Shown here piece after piece: positions 1 to 8,080 of a stretch of 64,000 nt of DNA (the first letter of the stretch is position 1; each line of letters opens with the position of its first letter). A program made the translations under genes and the position numbers. This DNA is from an uncultured virus (IMG/VR IMGVR_UViG_3300045836_000189) (taxonomy: Duplodnaviria; Heunggongvirae; Uroviricota; Caudoviricetes), in the IMG/VR virus record IMGVR_UViG_3300045836_000189, positions 1-64,000 of that record. One strand, 5' to 3'. Below the pieces are notes generated by a model, which saw only the letters and a list, made by a program, of their open reading frames with translations, was not told the DNA's origin and made no database searches.

Positions 1-72
1 TGATTTCTCACTGTTTCCATACTGGTTCAGATTAAAGCCTGGAAGATGTTCCCCCCCCCAGGCTTAATAGAG

Positions 73-249
73 TTACACTTTCCGGACGGACAGCCGGTTG
101 ATACTTGGTCTGTCAGCAATACATAGATCACTGAACATACTGCTGATTTCATCATGGATAGATTCCTGTGATGATTTGTTTTTTACCAGTACTTTACCGG
201 TAATTCCAATGCCCAGTACCTTGACTGGTTTTCCATTTTGGTTCTTCAT
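73..249 (-). CDS. small hypothetical protein (58 aa)
   Basis: Hand-read ORF MKNQNGKPVKVLG...SVRKV*, on the same strand as neighbours and followed by a hairpin at ~33-66. Confidence 0.5.
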   Translation of the reverse strand: MKNQNGKPVKVLGIGITGKVLVKNKSSQESIHDEISSMFSDLCIADRPSINRLSVRKV

Positions 250-382
250 TGTTAATACGGATTGAGTTTTAAACTACTCCACTATCTGCTACTTTGAATG
301 CACAGATGTTGGGTTACAGCAGTAGAACCTGGTCGGGAATCCCAGATTGTAACGTATGTCCCACTACTGCTGTCATCACCTA

Positions 383-511
383 TTAGTGGTGAATGTCTTC
401 CTCTTCTATTATGTCGTCCCAGACCTCGTCTGGATCCCGCTTGGATAGTACTACTATCCCCACTATAGCCAGGAGTACAAACAGTACTACGACCTTTATT
501 GGATTACTCAT
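383..511 (-). CDS. small membrane protein (42 aa)
   Basis: Hand-read ORF MSNPIKVVVLFVLLAIVGIVVLSKRD...; ATGA overlap with the ATPase stop; one hydrophobic helix and an acidic tail. Confidence 0.5.
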   Translation of the reverse strand: MSNPIKVVVLFVLLAIVGIVVLSKRDPDEVWDDIIEEEDIHH

Positions 512-1275
512 GCTGCCCGGTATGAGTTGGCCAGGATCACATTAACCAGGGACTGATGACCAGCTCCCAGTTTATCTATATGTTCTTCAGGTTTGTCTTT
601 TTGTTTGATATAGATCATCCCGGCTTTATAATCCACACGAAGAGTTTCCAGAATAAAATGCTCATCAAAGCCGTGCATGTGTTTGTTAAACAGCTCTATC
701 AGCTTTGGAGTGGTATTCTGCTCAATGTTCTGGAGCAACTGTTCCATGTACATAATGTCATAGATCCGGTATAGTTCCAGCAATTTGAGTGTATCCGCTT
801 CATTGAGCACACCTGGGTCAATGCCCAGGGTCTTACGGAACTTCAGATACCGTACAATGTCACTGAACAGCCGGGTCTCCTTGCTCATAAATATGGGCAT
901 GGTTCCCTCTGTCAGATTTTCATCCAGAAGATAGGTTACATCTGCTACTTTACCATTTTCCATGGTGATGTTGATGATGTCTCCTACTCCGTACATGAAC
1001 TTCAGCTTGCCGTCCATGTTGTTATCAGTAAATGAATGATCCATTAAGAACTGCAGGTTCTCCTTATCATTGTAAGGCACGCCTATTTTTTTGGCTATAA
1101 GCTTCATGTACAGTTGCATGGTGACAACCCATACCAGCTTTAGCACAAATGTTTTTCCAGTACCGTTTTTTCCAATCAGGACCATAAGCTCACGGTGTTG
1201 CATTTCAGGTATATTCAGCTTGAATGGCTGATTCAGCTCTATTGTAATGGTGTTTAAGTGTCCTAATGAACTCAT
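508..1275 (-). CDS. ABC/AAA_15-21-like P-loop ATPase, C-terminally truncated (no Walker B)
   Basis: Walker A LIGKNGTGKT after N-terminal beta strands; ABC-signature-like LGAGHQ 14 aa before the stop; ATG at 1275 preferred over the upstream TTG. Confidence 0.7.
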   Translation of the reverse strand: MSSLGHLNTITIELNQPFKLNIPEMQHRELMVLIGKNGTGKTFVLKLVWVVTMQLYMKLIAKKIGVPYNDKENLQFLMDHSFTDNNMDGKLKFMYGVGDIINITMENGKVADVTYLLDENLTEGTMPIFMSKETRLFSDIVRYLKFRKTLGIDPGVLNEADTLKLLELYRIYDIMYMEQLLQNIEQNTTPKLIELFNKHMHGFDEHFILETLRVDYKAGMIYIKQKDKPEEHIDKLGAGHQSLVNVILANSYRAA

Positions 1276-1340
1276 AGTGACTAAAATGATAAAGTTAAGA
1301 GCTTCCCATTGGCTCAGGACCTCCGGGAAACTCAAATGTT

Positions 1341-1508
1341 TTAAACAAGTTCTTCTATTTTCTCTTCTGTGGGTTGATTAAGCTTGATCTGCTTTTTCAG
1401 GTTCTTTCCCATGATCAGGCTGTCATATGCCATCTTGCAAAGACCTCCTACAAAGAACAATACGGCAGCTACTGCAAGAGCCACCAGTAGATAATGAAAT
1501 GCGTTCAT
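1341..1508 (-). CDS. small membrane protein (55 aa)
   Basis: Hand-read ORF MNAFHYLLVALAVAAVLFFVGGLC...EELV*. Confidence 0.55.
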   Translation of the reverse strand: MNAFHYLLVALAVAAVLFFVGGLCKMAYDSLIMGKNLKKQIKLNQPTEEKIEELV

Positions 1509-1556
1509 AGTAATAACGGATTAGTGGGTTAGTGATTCTGTTAATAACTTGGTTTT

Positions 1557-1671
1557 TGGCTGGGATGCCCGGACTCGAACCGGGGACCTTCTGGTAACGT
1601 CGGCAATCATCTGCAATAGATGAACATCGGAAATGCCAGTTGCTCTATCCCTCTTTCTGAGCTACATCCCA
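1557..1671 (-). ncRNA. tRNA-like RNA with a 41-nt insert replacing the anticodon loop
   Basis: Acceptor TGGGATG/CATCCCA+G+CCA; D arm GCTC..GAGC; stem CTGG/CCAG; variable loop AGGTC; T arm CCCGG-TTCGAGT-CCGGG. Confidence 0.8.
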
Positions 1672-1702
1672 GTGTATGATAAAGCCAGGCTGATGTTCCT
1701 GG

Positions 1703-2101
1703 CTAAAAGATTTTATGGATAAACGGGTTCAGCTCCTCAAGCTGGCTAACATTCAGCTTCTTAAACCACCTGTAGTATTTGATATACCAGTAACAGGAGT
1801 ATGGATTAAGGAAGGTATAAAATGCATAATGGAGATGAGGGCCGTTCCATGGACCCCCTTTACCAAGAATAAAACACCCTGATTCCTGGTTAAAAGAGAA
1901 TCCTCCGGTTCCGTAGATGAATGCTTTGTTATCCGGGATTGATCCACCCTGTGTAGCCTTATAGAAGGTTTTGTATTTAAGGGTATTATAGACAATCCTG
2001 TAAAACTTCATGTCATTCCATAATATGTATGTGGAACACAGGATTAATAACAGCAGAACAATACCTGATCCTATCAGGAAGGATAAAATGTAGTGATACA
2101 T
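1703..2101 (-). CDS. hypothetical membrane-anchored protein
   Basis: 132-aa ORF with an N-terminal hydrophobic helix. Confidence 0.65.
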   Translation of the reverse strand: MYHYILSFLIGSGIVLLLLILCSTYILWNDMKFYRIVYNTLKYKTFYKATQGGSIPDNKAFIYGTGGFSFNQESGCFILGKGGPWNGPHLHYAFYTFLNPYSCYWYIKYYRWFKKLNVSQLEELNPFIHKIF

Positions 2102-2174
2102 GTTGATTAAAATAAAAGCCCAGGATGTAGAAACACCCCAGGCTAAACCGTCCGACTAAAATGAGTTAATGAGT

Positions 2175-2411
2175 TTATTTGATGCCGTGGTTCATATACA
2201 TGAATACAGCATAGAAATAGACAAATACCATCAGGGTGAGTGTGATCAGCAGCCCGATGTTGTCCATTTGATCGAGGAAGTCATAGTCTTTCTCCATCAG
2301 TCCCCGTTTCTGGGTCTTGCGGATGAACCAACGATATAGTTTAATATCAAACACCGGATATAGCAGTGAGATAGGAAAAACAATGAGGATGGTTAGGATT
2401 AGGGTTTTCAT
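2175..2411 (-). CDS. small two-TM membrane protein
   Basis: Two hydrophobic segments; overlaps the upstream gene stop. Confidence 0.65.
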   Translation of the reverse strand: MKTLILTILIVFPISLLYPVFDIKLYRWFIRKTQKRGLMEKDYDFLDQMDNIGLLITLTLMVFVYFYAVFMYMNHGIK

Positions 2412-2677
2412 GATAAAACCTCCTCCGCATTAGATGTCAGTATTACTTCACTCATGGAGTCTTCAGTCCCGTTATCTACGTAGATGTAGAGCTTATCTGC
2501 TTCAATGTCTCCTACATAGGCTGTATCTCCTGAGAATCCTGTGTCTCTTAAGAGCTTAAAGGTATCCGGATCGTTTTCTTCCATCCTGTCCATGGATAAT
2601 GGTGCCAATGGAAGAACCTGACCAAATGTTTTAATGTTTTCTTTTGCTACCTCTTTGGTGAATTTACGGTAGATCAT
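2408..2677 (-). CDS. hypothetical protein
   Basis: ORF in the tightly packed minus-strand cluster. Confidence 0.65.
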   Translation of the reverse strand: MIYRKFTKEVAKENIKTFGQVLPLAPLSMDRMEENDPDTFKLLRDTGFSGDTAYVGDIEADKLYIYVDNGTEDSMSEVILTSNAEEVLS

Positions 2678-2710
2678 AATGATATGGATTATGTAAATGG
2701 ATTGGGTTAA

Positions 2711-3025
2711 TTACTTATTTAGTTTCTTTTCAAGCTTGTTGAGGGCTGATTCTAACTGGTCTATAAGGGAAGACTCGTCCAGGACGAGCTTATCAAATTT
2801 AATCTGGGAAGCATTTTTATGACCATCCCAGATTAACTTAGCCCCAAGAGGTCTGCCGTCAGCTACTGAGTTCCAGACCCCTTTTATAGTGCCGTATTTC
2901 TTATCCTCCCAGTATTCCCAGTTGATAGCAGCATCAGTATGAAACGTTCCGTCTACTATTTCCTTGCGTGGTCTTACTCTTTTACCAGGAACACAGGTTT
3001 CCAATGTCAATAGTTGCTCTTCCAT
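2711..3025 (-). CDS. hypothetical protein, paralog of 3029-3331 (SH3/KOW-like core)
   Basis: Shared LLTxETCxPGxRVxP N-terminus and SALxxLExKL C-terminus. Confidence 0.7.
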   Translation of the reverse strand: MEEQLLTLETCVPGKRVRPRKEIVDGTFHTDAAINWEYWEDKKYGTIKGVWNSVADGRPLGAKLIWDGHKNASQIKFDKLVLDESSLIDQLESALNKLEKKLNK

Positions 3026-3028
3026 AAG

Positions 3029-3331
3029 TTACTTACCTAGTTTCTGTTCCAGTGTGTCCAGAGCTGATTGTATGTTATCCCAGGAGATGGGCACTGTTAT
3101 AAGGGCAAGATCGTAGAACTCAAGATTGTGATATTCCTCTGCATCAGGTTTGTTGTCCCATACTACGTGTGCATAATTATTCTTATCAGGCCTGTGAATA
3201 ACAGTTCCTTCTGCATTGGGGCCTCCAATCTTTTTTATATACCTTTCAAAACCAGGTTGATTCAGGTGGTGACTTGGCTTAACCCGTGTTCCTGGAATAC
3301 AGGTTTCCTTAGTAAGCAATACTTCACTCAT
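3029..3331 (-). CDS. hypothetical protein, paralog of 2711-3025
   Basis: Same terminal motifs as its neighbour. Confidence 0.7.
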   Translation of the reverse strand: MSEVLLTKETCIPGTRVKPSHHLNQPGFERYIKKIGGPNAEGTVIHRPDKNNYAHVVWDNKPDAEEYHNLEFYDLALITVPISWDNIQSALDTLEQKLGK

Positions 3332-3333
3332 GG

Positions 3334-3648
3334 TTATAACTGCAACAACCTGATTAGTTCTCTGAGATCCTCCTCGTACTCCATATTCCTGGTTAAGGTG
3401 ATTACATCGTCCTTATTCCTATCCGGGCTGGATCCTTCTCTAAGGAAAGCATAATACTCTCCCTTGCCTTTATCATTACACAGTGATAAAGACAATGCTT
3501 TAAAATGATGGAGATTCGTAGCTCCTGGAAAATCAGGAGTAAAGGTTTGATCTACCAGCACCAGCATATAGGACTCCTGGATAAGACTGGGAACATGCTT
3601 GAATCCCAGCTCGTGTAATAGTTTACCGGTGATCTTTGTCTTTTTCAT
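3334..3648 (-). CDS. hypothetical protein
   Basis: 104-aa ORF in the packed cluster. Confidence 0.65.
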   Translation of the reverse strand: MKKTKITGKLLHELGFKHVPSLIQESYMLVLVDQTFTPDFPGATNLHHFKALSLSLCNDKGKGEYYAFLREGSSPDRNKDDVITLTRNMEYEEDLRELIRLLQL

Positions 3649-3664
3649 AGCGGTATGTTTAAAA

Positions 3665-3934
3665 CTATTTTTGGATTACAAACCAGGTAGTTATTTTAAG
3701 GGCTTTTCTCCTGCTATCTGGTATACCTCTATACAACCCATAAACCCTGCTCCAGCTGATAGCTTCATAGAGTAAGGAAAGCAGGGCTCTGTCTTTAAAT
3801 ACAATCCTGTAAAGGTGAGCACATTCTCTGGGATGTGAGTTATGTTTATCCTGAAGGCTCTCCAAAGAGGGAGCATAGACACCGGAAATAAGCTTGAGAA
3901 CTATTAATAAGCTTACAATTAGTAATATGATCAT
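3665..3934 (-). CDS. hypothetical protein with N-terminal hydrophobic segment
   Basis: 89-aa ORF. Confidence 0.5.
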   Translation of the reverse strand: MIILLIVSLLIVLKLISGVYAPSLESLQDKHNSHPRECAHLYRIVFKDRALLSLLYEAISWSRVYGLYRGIPDSRRKALKITTWFVIQK

Positions 3935-4006
3935 GTCTTTTATGAATTAGTTGGCCGTGGATCCTCTCTTACTCCAGGATATAGAGCTATACAGAGGAAT
4001 CAATCC

Positions 4007-4318
4007 CCTGTATAGAGTAATCAGTATGTTCTTATTTTAGTATAACTCTTGGAACCCTCATCATATACGTATAACCAATGATGATCTGATAAGTATATAT
4101 CCCAGCTTTCTTTTGGAAGAGCACAATTAAGTACAATAATGTCTCTAAGTTCCTGAGTAAGATACATGAATGGTATATTGAAGAACACATTAGGAAGCTC
4201 CTTAATGTCCTTAATTATTTTGATTCTTTTATTCATGGTTGATTATTTCGGGTGGATACTATAACAGTTCAAAACCAGGAGAGAGAAAACACATCATCTC
4301 TCCTGTATAGAGTAATCA
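4007..4318. repeat. 17-bp direct repeat CCTGTATAGAGTAATCA (4007-4023, 4302-4318)
   Basis: Exact duplicate; each copy contains the TGA of a minus-strand gene and forms one arm of a hairpin. Confidence 0.75.
4021..4236 (-). CDS. hypothetical protein
   Basis: 71-aa AT-rich ORF bounded by the direct repeats. Confidence 0.55.
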   Translation of the reverse strand: MNKRIKIIKDIKELPNVFFNIPFMYLTQELRDIIVLNCALPKESWDIYLSDHHWLYVYDEGSKSYTKIRTY

Positions 4319-4570
4319 TCCTTTAAGGATAATCTCTTCCTCCAAGTATACTTCTTCTGGAGTACTATTAGCACTTACCATATTGGTCTCTGCCTTATTA
4401 ACCTCCATATAAGCTTGTATCTGTTTGTTAAGTTTCTTTTTTATGGTATCTACATCATCATCCTGATGACAGTATACCATAGTCTGCATGGTTTCACCAA
4501 TTTCCTTGAAATAGGCTTTATATGGTTTACCGTGAGCACTGATTACAATGAGTGTGAGAATGAGCTCCAT
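4316..4570 (-). CDS. hypothetical protein
   Basis: 84-aa ORF. Confidence 0.6.
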   Translation of the reverse strand: MELILTLIVISAHGKPYKAYFKEIGETMQTMVYCHQDDDVDTIKKKLNKQIQAYMEVNKAETNMVSANSTPEEVYLEEEIILKG

Positions 4571-4796
4571 TTGAGTTATAGCTATTTAATCCAGTTGTGA
4601 GAGATGATATATGATAGTTTGAGTGATTTCTGAGGGAGAGAGAAAGTGTGTGTGAGTTATCTCCCAATGACACAGACACACACAAATCCCAAATAAATTC
4701 CAGTACTTAGTGTACTGAATCCACTAAGAAATGATTTATCACCCTATCTGAGTATCAGATAGTTATAACAAATCATTCCCGAGCGGATAGTTTTAC

Positions 4797-5084
4797 TTAG
4801 TGTGATGAGTCTTCATCAGCAACTTTTTGATCAACTTCTTCTTTCATACCAGGTACGGTATCATGGATGTGTTTGATCAGCACATCATTGGTCGTAATGA
4901 GCATGTCCAGCTCACCAGTAATAGCATCAAACATTTTCTTTTCCTCTTCTGATACAGTAGGAGGACAGGTGATTCCTGCTCTGAGCATCTGCAATGCTTC
5001 CTGGTTTGCTTCCAGAGAAGTATACAATGCTTCAATTAAACCAGCTACTACGGCTGCACTGTGTTGGGTTTCTGTCTGTGACAT
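4797..5084 (-). CDS. hypothetical acidic helical protein
   Basis: 95-aa ORF. Confidence 0.65.
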   Translation of the reverse strand: MSQTETQHSAAVVAGLIEALYTSLEANQEALQMLRAGITCPPTVSEEEKKMFDAITGELDMLITTNDVLIKHIHDTVPGMKEEVDQKVADEDSSH

Positions 5085-5214
5085 GGATATATGGATTAAT
5101 GAATAAGCATGATAGTTTTAAGTAGCTCACTGGTGGACCCCCAACTATACTATAGTATATAATACATTGGTATAGTTAGTGGCTCATATATGAGCTACTT
5201 AAAATGATGAGTGA

Positions 5215-5547
5215 TTAGATCCTCTTGATCACAATGGCACGTTTATAATCAGTATAGCCTCTTATCGTGTCCTTGTACTCAATAAGAATAGTCGTATCAT
5301 GAGTTACTTCACAAGGCTCACAGAGTTTATACTCACCATCATAAGAATGAGATCCCCTGCTCAGCATGATCGTGTCACCCTTATCTAAACTCTCATCACC
5401 AGCATTAAAAGTCATGACAGTGTTGTCCTTCATCTTAAGCTTTACTTTGTTATTACTGCAAGAGGCAAGTGATGCCAGCATACCCATTAACAGTACCCAG
5501 AATACAATTCTGGCTACAGTACGGTCTGATAATTCTGTTTGTTTCAT
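5215..5547 (-). CDS. putative lipoprotein
   Basis: Hydrophobic signal followed by lipobox-like LASC. Confidence 0.65.
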   Translation of the reverse strand: MKQTELSDRTVARIVFWVLLMGMLASLASCSNNKVKLKMKDNTVMTFNAGDESLDKGDTIMLSRGSHSYDGEYKLCEPCEVTHDTTILIEYKDTIRGYTDYKRAIVIKRI

Positions 5548-5633
5548 GGTCGGTTTATGTTAATGTATGATGAAAAAGAGCAGCAGCTGTCATCAGTCAG
5601 GATAACCAACTGCTGCATTTTAATAGAGATAAT

Positions 5634-5662
5634 AAAAAAAGAGAAAGCCGTTAGGCTTTCCC
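5634..5662 (-). terminator. intrinsic terminator after 5663-5941
   Basis: GAAAGCC/GGCTTTC hairpin followed by a T run on the minus strand. Confidence 0.6.
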
Positions 5663-5941
5663 TTAGATCAGTGCAGCTGATGCTACCTGGATCTGTTTCA
5701 TCTTGAGCTGGTATTCATAGACCTTAAGCTCAGACATCCTGAATTCATCATTTTCAGCCAGGTATAAGCGGCCTTGATCAGATGTAGCAGTGTTAAGCAT
5801 TACTGCATCACCAACTTGCTTGGTGCGGAGCTCAAAGAATTTGATAGCATTCTTTTTGTAACCGATCTGTAATTCCTGACCATCTTCAGCTGTTAAGATG
5901 ATGTAACCTGTGTTGATTGCTTTGATAGTGAACTTTTTCAT
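5663..5941 (-). CDS. hypothetical protein (first leftward gene)
   Basis: 92-aa ORF with an A-rich leader. Confidence 0.7.
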   Translation of the reverse strand: MKKFTIKAINTGYIILTAEDGQELQIGYKKNAIKFFELRTKQVGDAVMLNTATSDQGRLYLAENDEFRMSELKVYEYQLKMKQIQVASAALI

Positions 5942-6137
5942 TTTATAAGACTTTTTAGATTAATGATGGGGGTATCCCCCTTGCCAGGATAAAGGCCGGG
6001 GTGCTTGATGGGCACTCCTTCACACATCACAACACAGATCCAAAAAATATGGGGGAAAAAAATTTGCAGAAGTGGTTTCACTATACCTATATTAGCCTAT
6101 GTCGGACGGCAATTCACAACTCTTGACTTCTTACCAG

Positions 6138-6173
6138 ACCCGGAGAGATATAACTTCACCGGGTTTCTTTTTT
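6138..6173 (+). terminator. intrinsic terminator-like hairpin
   Basis: ACCCGG...CCGGGT followed by a T-rich tract. Confidence 0.5.
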
Positions 6174-6275
6174 AAGCAAATCCCCTTATCTCCCAGGCTT
6201 TAACACGTAAAGTATTTACCAGATCCCGTATATTTAACCTTCATCACTTTCTTTGCACCCCTAAACCAACGTACT

Positions 6276-6914
6276 ATGAACAAAGTGAGCAAGGACTACT
6301 ATGCTCTGAATCTGACAGACAAGCAGACAGACCGTCTGATCACAAAAGTAGAAGCAGACATCACAATACTCATGCAGGAGATCTCCACAAAGACCGGCCC
6401 ACTCCGGGAAGCGGAGCAGTATTACTTGGAACTGAAACGGGAGCATGACACGATCCAGGGAGAGCTGGATGACAGCAAATCCTTGCTGGAGGCCCTCACC
6501 AGGTTTAAGACCAATGCCAGGAGTACTAAGGAGATCCGTGTGTTGAGAACTACTTCCGTGACCGAGGCCAAGGAGAAACAGAAACGCTACTTCAAATGGA
6601 TCCAGATGGCCATAGAAGTACTGACCAAGGAAGACCGGTACATGAGTCACGAAGAGCTATGGAAGAAGATGCTCCAGACCTTCCCGGAGATAGAGCAGAC
6701 CTTTGGCGGGAACAAGAGCAGGATTGCACAGGTCAGGAACACCACCTTTCATAACTTCAACCGGGCCTGTGAAGAATCCAGGAAGAACAACAGTGGGAAG
6801 CTCATTGATTACCAGAAAAAAATAGGGCTCTTTGGCTGGACCATGGATGACCTGGTACCCGATGCCCAGCACATCAAAGAGTTCATGCATGGGGGCATGA
6901 GAGCAGCCGTGTAA
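6276..6914 (+). CDS. coiled-coil plus winged-HTH (HARE-HTH-like) DNA-binding protein
   Basis: N-terminal heptad pattern; AIEVLTKEDRYMSHEELWKKM resembles the HARE-HTH start. Confidence 0.5.
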   Translation: MNKVSKDYYALNLTDKQTDRLITKVEADITILMQEISTKTGPLREAEQYYLELKREHDTIQGELDDSKSLLEALTRFKTNARSTKEIRVLRTTSVTEAKEKQKRYFKWIQMAIEVLTKEDRYMSHEELWKKMLQTFPEIEQTFGGNKSRIAQVRNTTFHNFNRACEESRKNNSGKLIDYQKKIGLFGWTMDDLVPDAQHIKEFMHGGMRAAV

Positions 6915-6997
6915 AATATATTTGAAATAAGAAGACTTTTTACTATGTTATTATTGAGGCACATGGATAATACAGTCCATCCCTACAAAACCAACAT

Positions 6998-7297
6998 ATG
7001 GAAGAGTTTCACAAGGTCGCAGTTCCCCTTGCAGGAGAGCTGCCAAGCAGGTTTCAGATTGGAGATGAAACAGATTATACCACTATTAAATGGGTAGAAG
7101 AGGCTTTCAGGATAGCCAGGGAGAAACAGCCCGAGGTCAAAGAAGACGAACTTGAATTCATCCCACGCTACAGCCTGGGTAAAGTAAGTGCAATCAGGTT
7201 TACTGAAAGTAAAGTCTATTATGATATTCAGGATAGTTATACCCAGGAAATTACCAGGGATATTCCATCCCATTATGTCAAAAAATTTGCAAAGTAA
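6998..7297 (+). CDS. hypothetical protein
   Basis: 99-aa ORF with an A/C-rich leader. Confidence 0.65.
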   Translation: MEEFHKVAVPLAGELPSRFQIGDETDYTTIKWVEEAFRIAREKQPEVKEDELEFIPRYSLGKVSAIRFTESKVYYDIQDSYTQEITRDIPSHYVKKFAK

Positions 7298-7328
7298 GAG
7301 TTTTTTCTTATATTATTAGTAGGGAGTC

Positions 7329-7359
7329 TTGCTTATGAGCTTCCTTTTAAGTAGATTTG
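7329..7359 (+). promoter_or_regulatory. Bacteroidota sigma-A type promoter of the tRNA operon
   Basis: TTG (7329-7331), 20-nt spacer, TAGATTTG (7352-7359) matching TAnnTTTG. Confidence 0.65.
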
Positions 7360-7364
7360 CATCA

Positions 7365-7445
7365 ATGATTTTAACCACTACATATTGTCACCAGCACCCG
7401 TTCTTCTGGAATCAGATCCAGGGGCCTGGTAATAGTGTGTGGTAA
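7365..7445 (+). CDS. attenuator leader peptide MILTTTYCHQHPFFWNQIQGPGNSVW
   Basis: 26-codon ORF between the promoter and terminator; includes all eight amino acids of the downstream tRNAs; overlaps protector and antiterminator sequences. Confidence 0.75.
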   Translation: MILTTTYCHQHPFFWNQIQGPGNSVW

Positions 7446-7476
7446 CCTCAAGACAACTAAAAACACATCCTATATC

Positions 7477-7509
7477 AAGAGCCCCTGGAGCAACAACCAG
7501 GGGCTTTTT
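7477..7509 (+). terminator. attenuator (intrinsic) terminator upstream of the tRNA cluster
   Basis: AAGAGCCCCTGG-8 nt-CCAGGGGCTTTTT hairpin with U tract, ending 6 nt before tRNA-Pro. Confidence 0.8.
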
Positions 7510-7515
7510 CATTTT

Positions 7516-7588
7516 CTGGATCTATATCAATGGGTAGATTACCCCGTTTGGGGCGGGGAGGCTACAGGTTCGAGTCCTGTGATCCAGA
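7516..7588 (+). tRNA. trnP: tRNA-Pro(TGG)
   Basis: Cloverleaf; CCCCG-TTTGGGG-CGGGG anticodon arm; TTCGA T loop. Confidence 0.9.
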
Positions 7589-7595
7589 CATACAG

Positions 7596-7668
7596 GGAGC
7601 ATTAGCAAAGTTGGTCTATGCAGGGGACTGAAAATCCTCAGATCCTGGTTCGATCCCAGGGTGCTCCA
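7596..7668 (+). tRNA. trnF: tRNA-Phe(GAA)
   Basis: GGGGA-CTGAAAA-TCCTC anticodon arm. Confidence 0.9.
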
Positions 7669-7684
7669 CAGAACAAATCCATAT

Positions 7685-7767
7685 GGGGTAGATGGTAAAC
7701 TGGTTAAATCAGCGGTCTGTAAAACCGTCGTCTTTTGACTATGCAGGTTCGATTCCTGCCTTCCCCA
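7685..7767 (+). tRNA. trnY: tRNA-Tyr(GTA)
   Basis: GCGGT-CTGTAAA-ACCGT arm; long variable arm. Confidence 0.9.
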
Positions 7768-7773
7768 CATCAC

Positions 7774-7848
7774 GGGACCTTAGCTCAGAGGTAGAGCAGC
7801 ACCCTGTTAAGGTGATGGTCACAGGTTCAATCCCTGTAGGTCCCGCCA
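7774..7848 (+). tRNA. trnN: tRNA-Asn(GTT)
   Basis: CACC-CTGTTAA-GGTG arm; encoded CCA. Confidence 0.9.
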
Positions 7849-7851
7849 TAT

Positions 7852-7923
7852 TTTCCTGTAGTGTAGCTGGCAACACAAGAGATTTTGGCTCTCTTATCAC
7901 TGGTTCGAACCCAGTCAGGAAAT
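7852..7923 (+). tRNA. trnQ: tRNA-Gln(TTG)
   Basis: AGAGA-TTTTGGC-TCTCT arm. Confidence 0.88.
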
Positions 7924-7925
7924 CT

Positions 7926-8001
7926 GTGTCTGTAGCTTAATTGGTAGAGCACTGGTTTGTGGCACCAGCAGGTACGGGTTCAACTCCCGTCAGACACCCC
8001 A
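7926..8001 (+). tRNA. trnH: tRNA-His(GTG)
   Basis: CTGGT-TTGTGGC-ACCAG arm; C discriminator plus CCA. Confidence 0.88.
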
Positions 8002-8002
8002 T

Positions 8003-8075
8003 ATCCGTGTAGCTCAATTGGTAGAGCAGCGGTCTCCAAAACCGTGTGTTGGTGGTTCGAGTCCATCCATGGGTG
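8003..8075 (+). tRNA. trnW: tRNA-Trp(CCA)
   Basis: GCGGT-CTCCAAA-ACCGT arm. Confidence 0.9.
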
Positions 8076-8080
8076 CATCA

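Noticed and set aside
1607..1623. Cryptic Cys anticodon (GCA) in the tRNA-mimic insert, which would match the leader's lone Cys codon
   Set aside because: GCA is not centred in a canonical 7-nt loop and the discriminator is G rather than U
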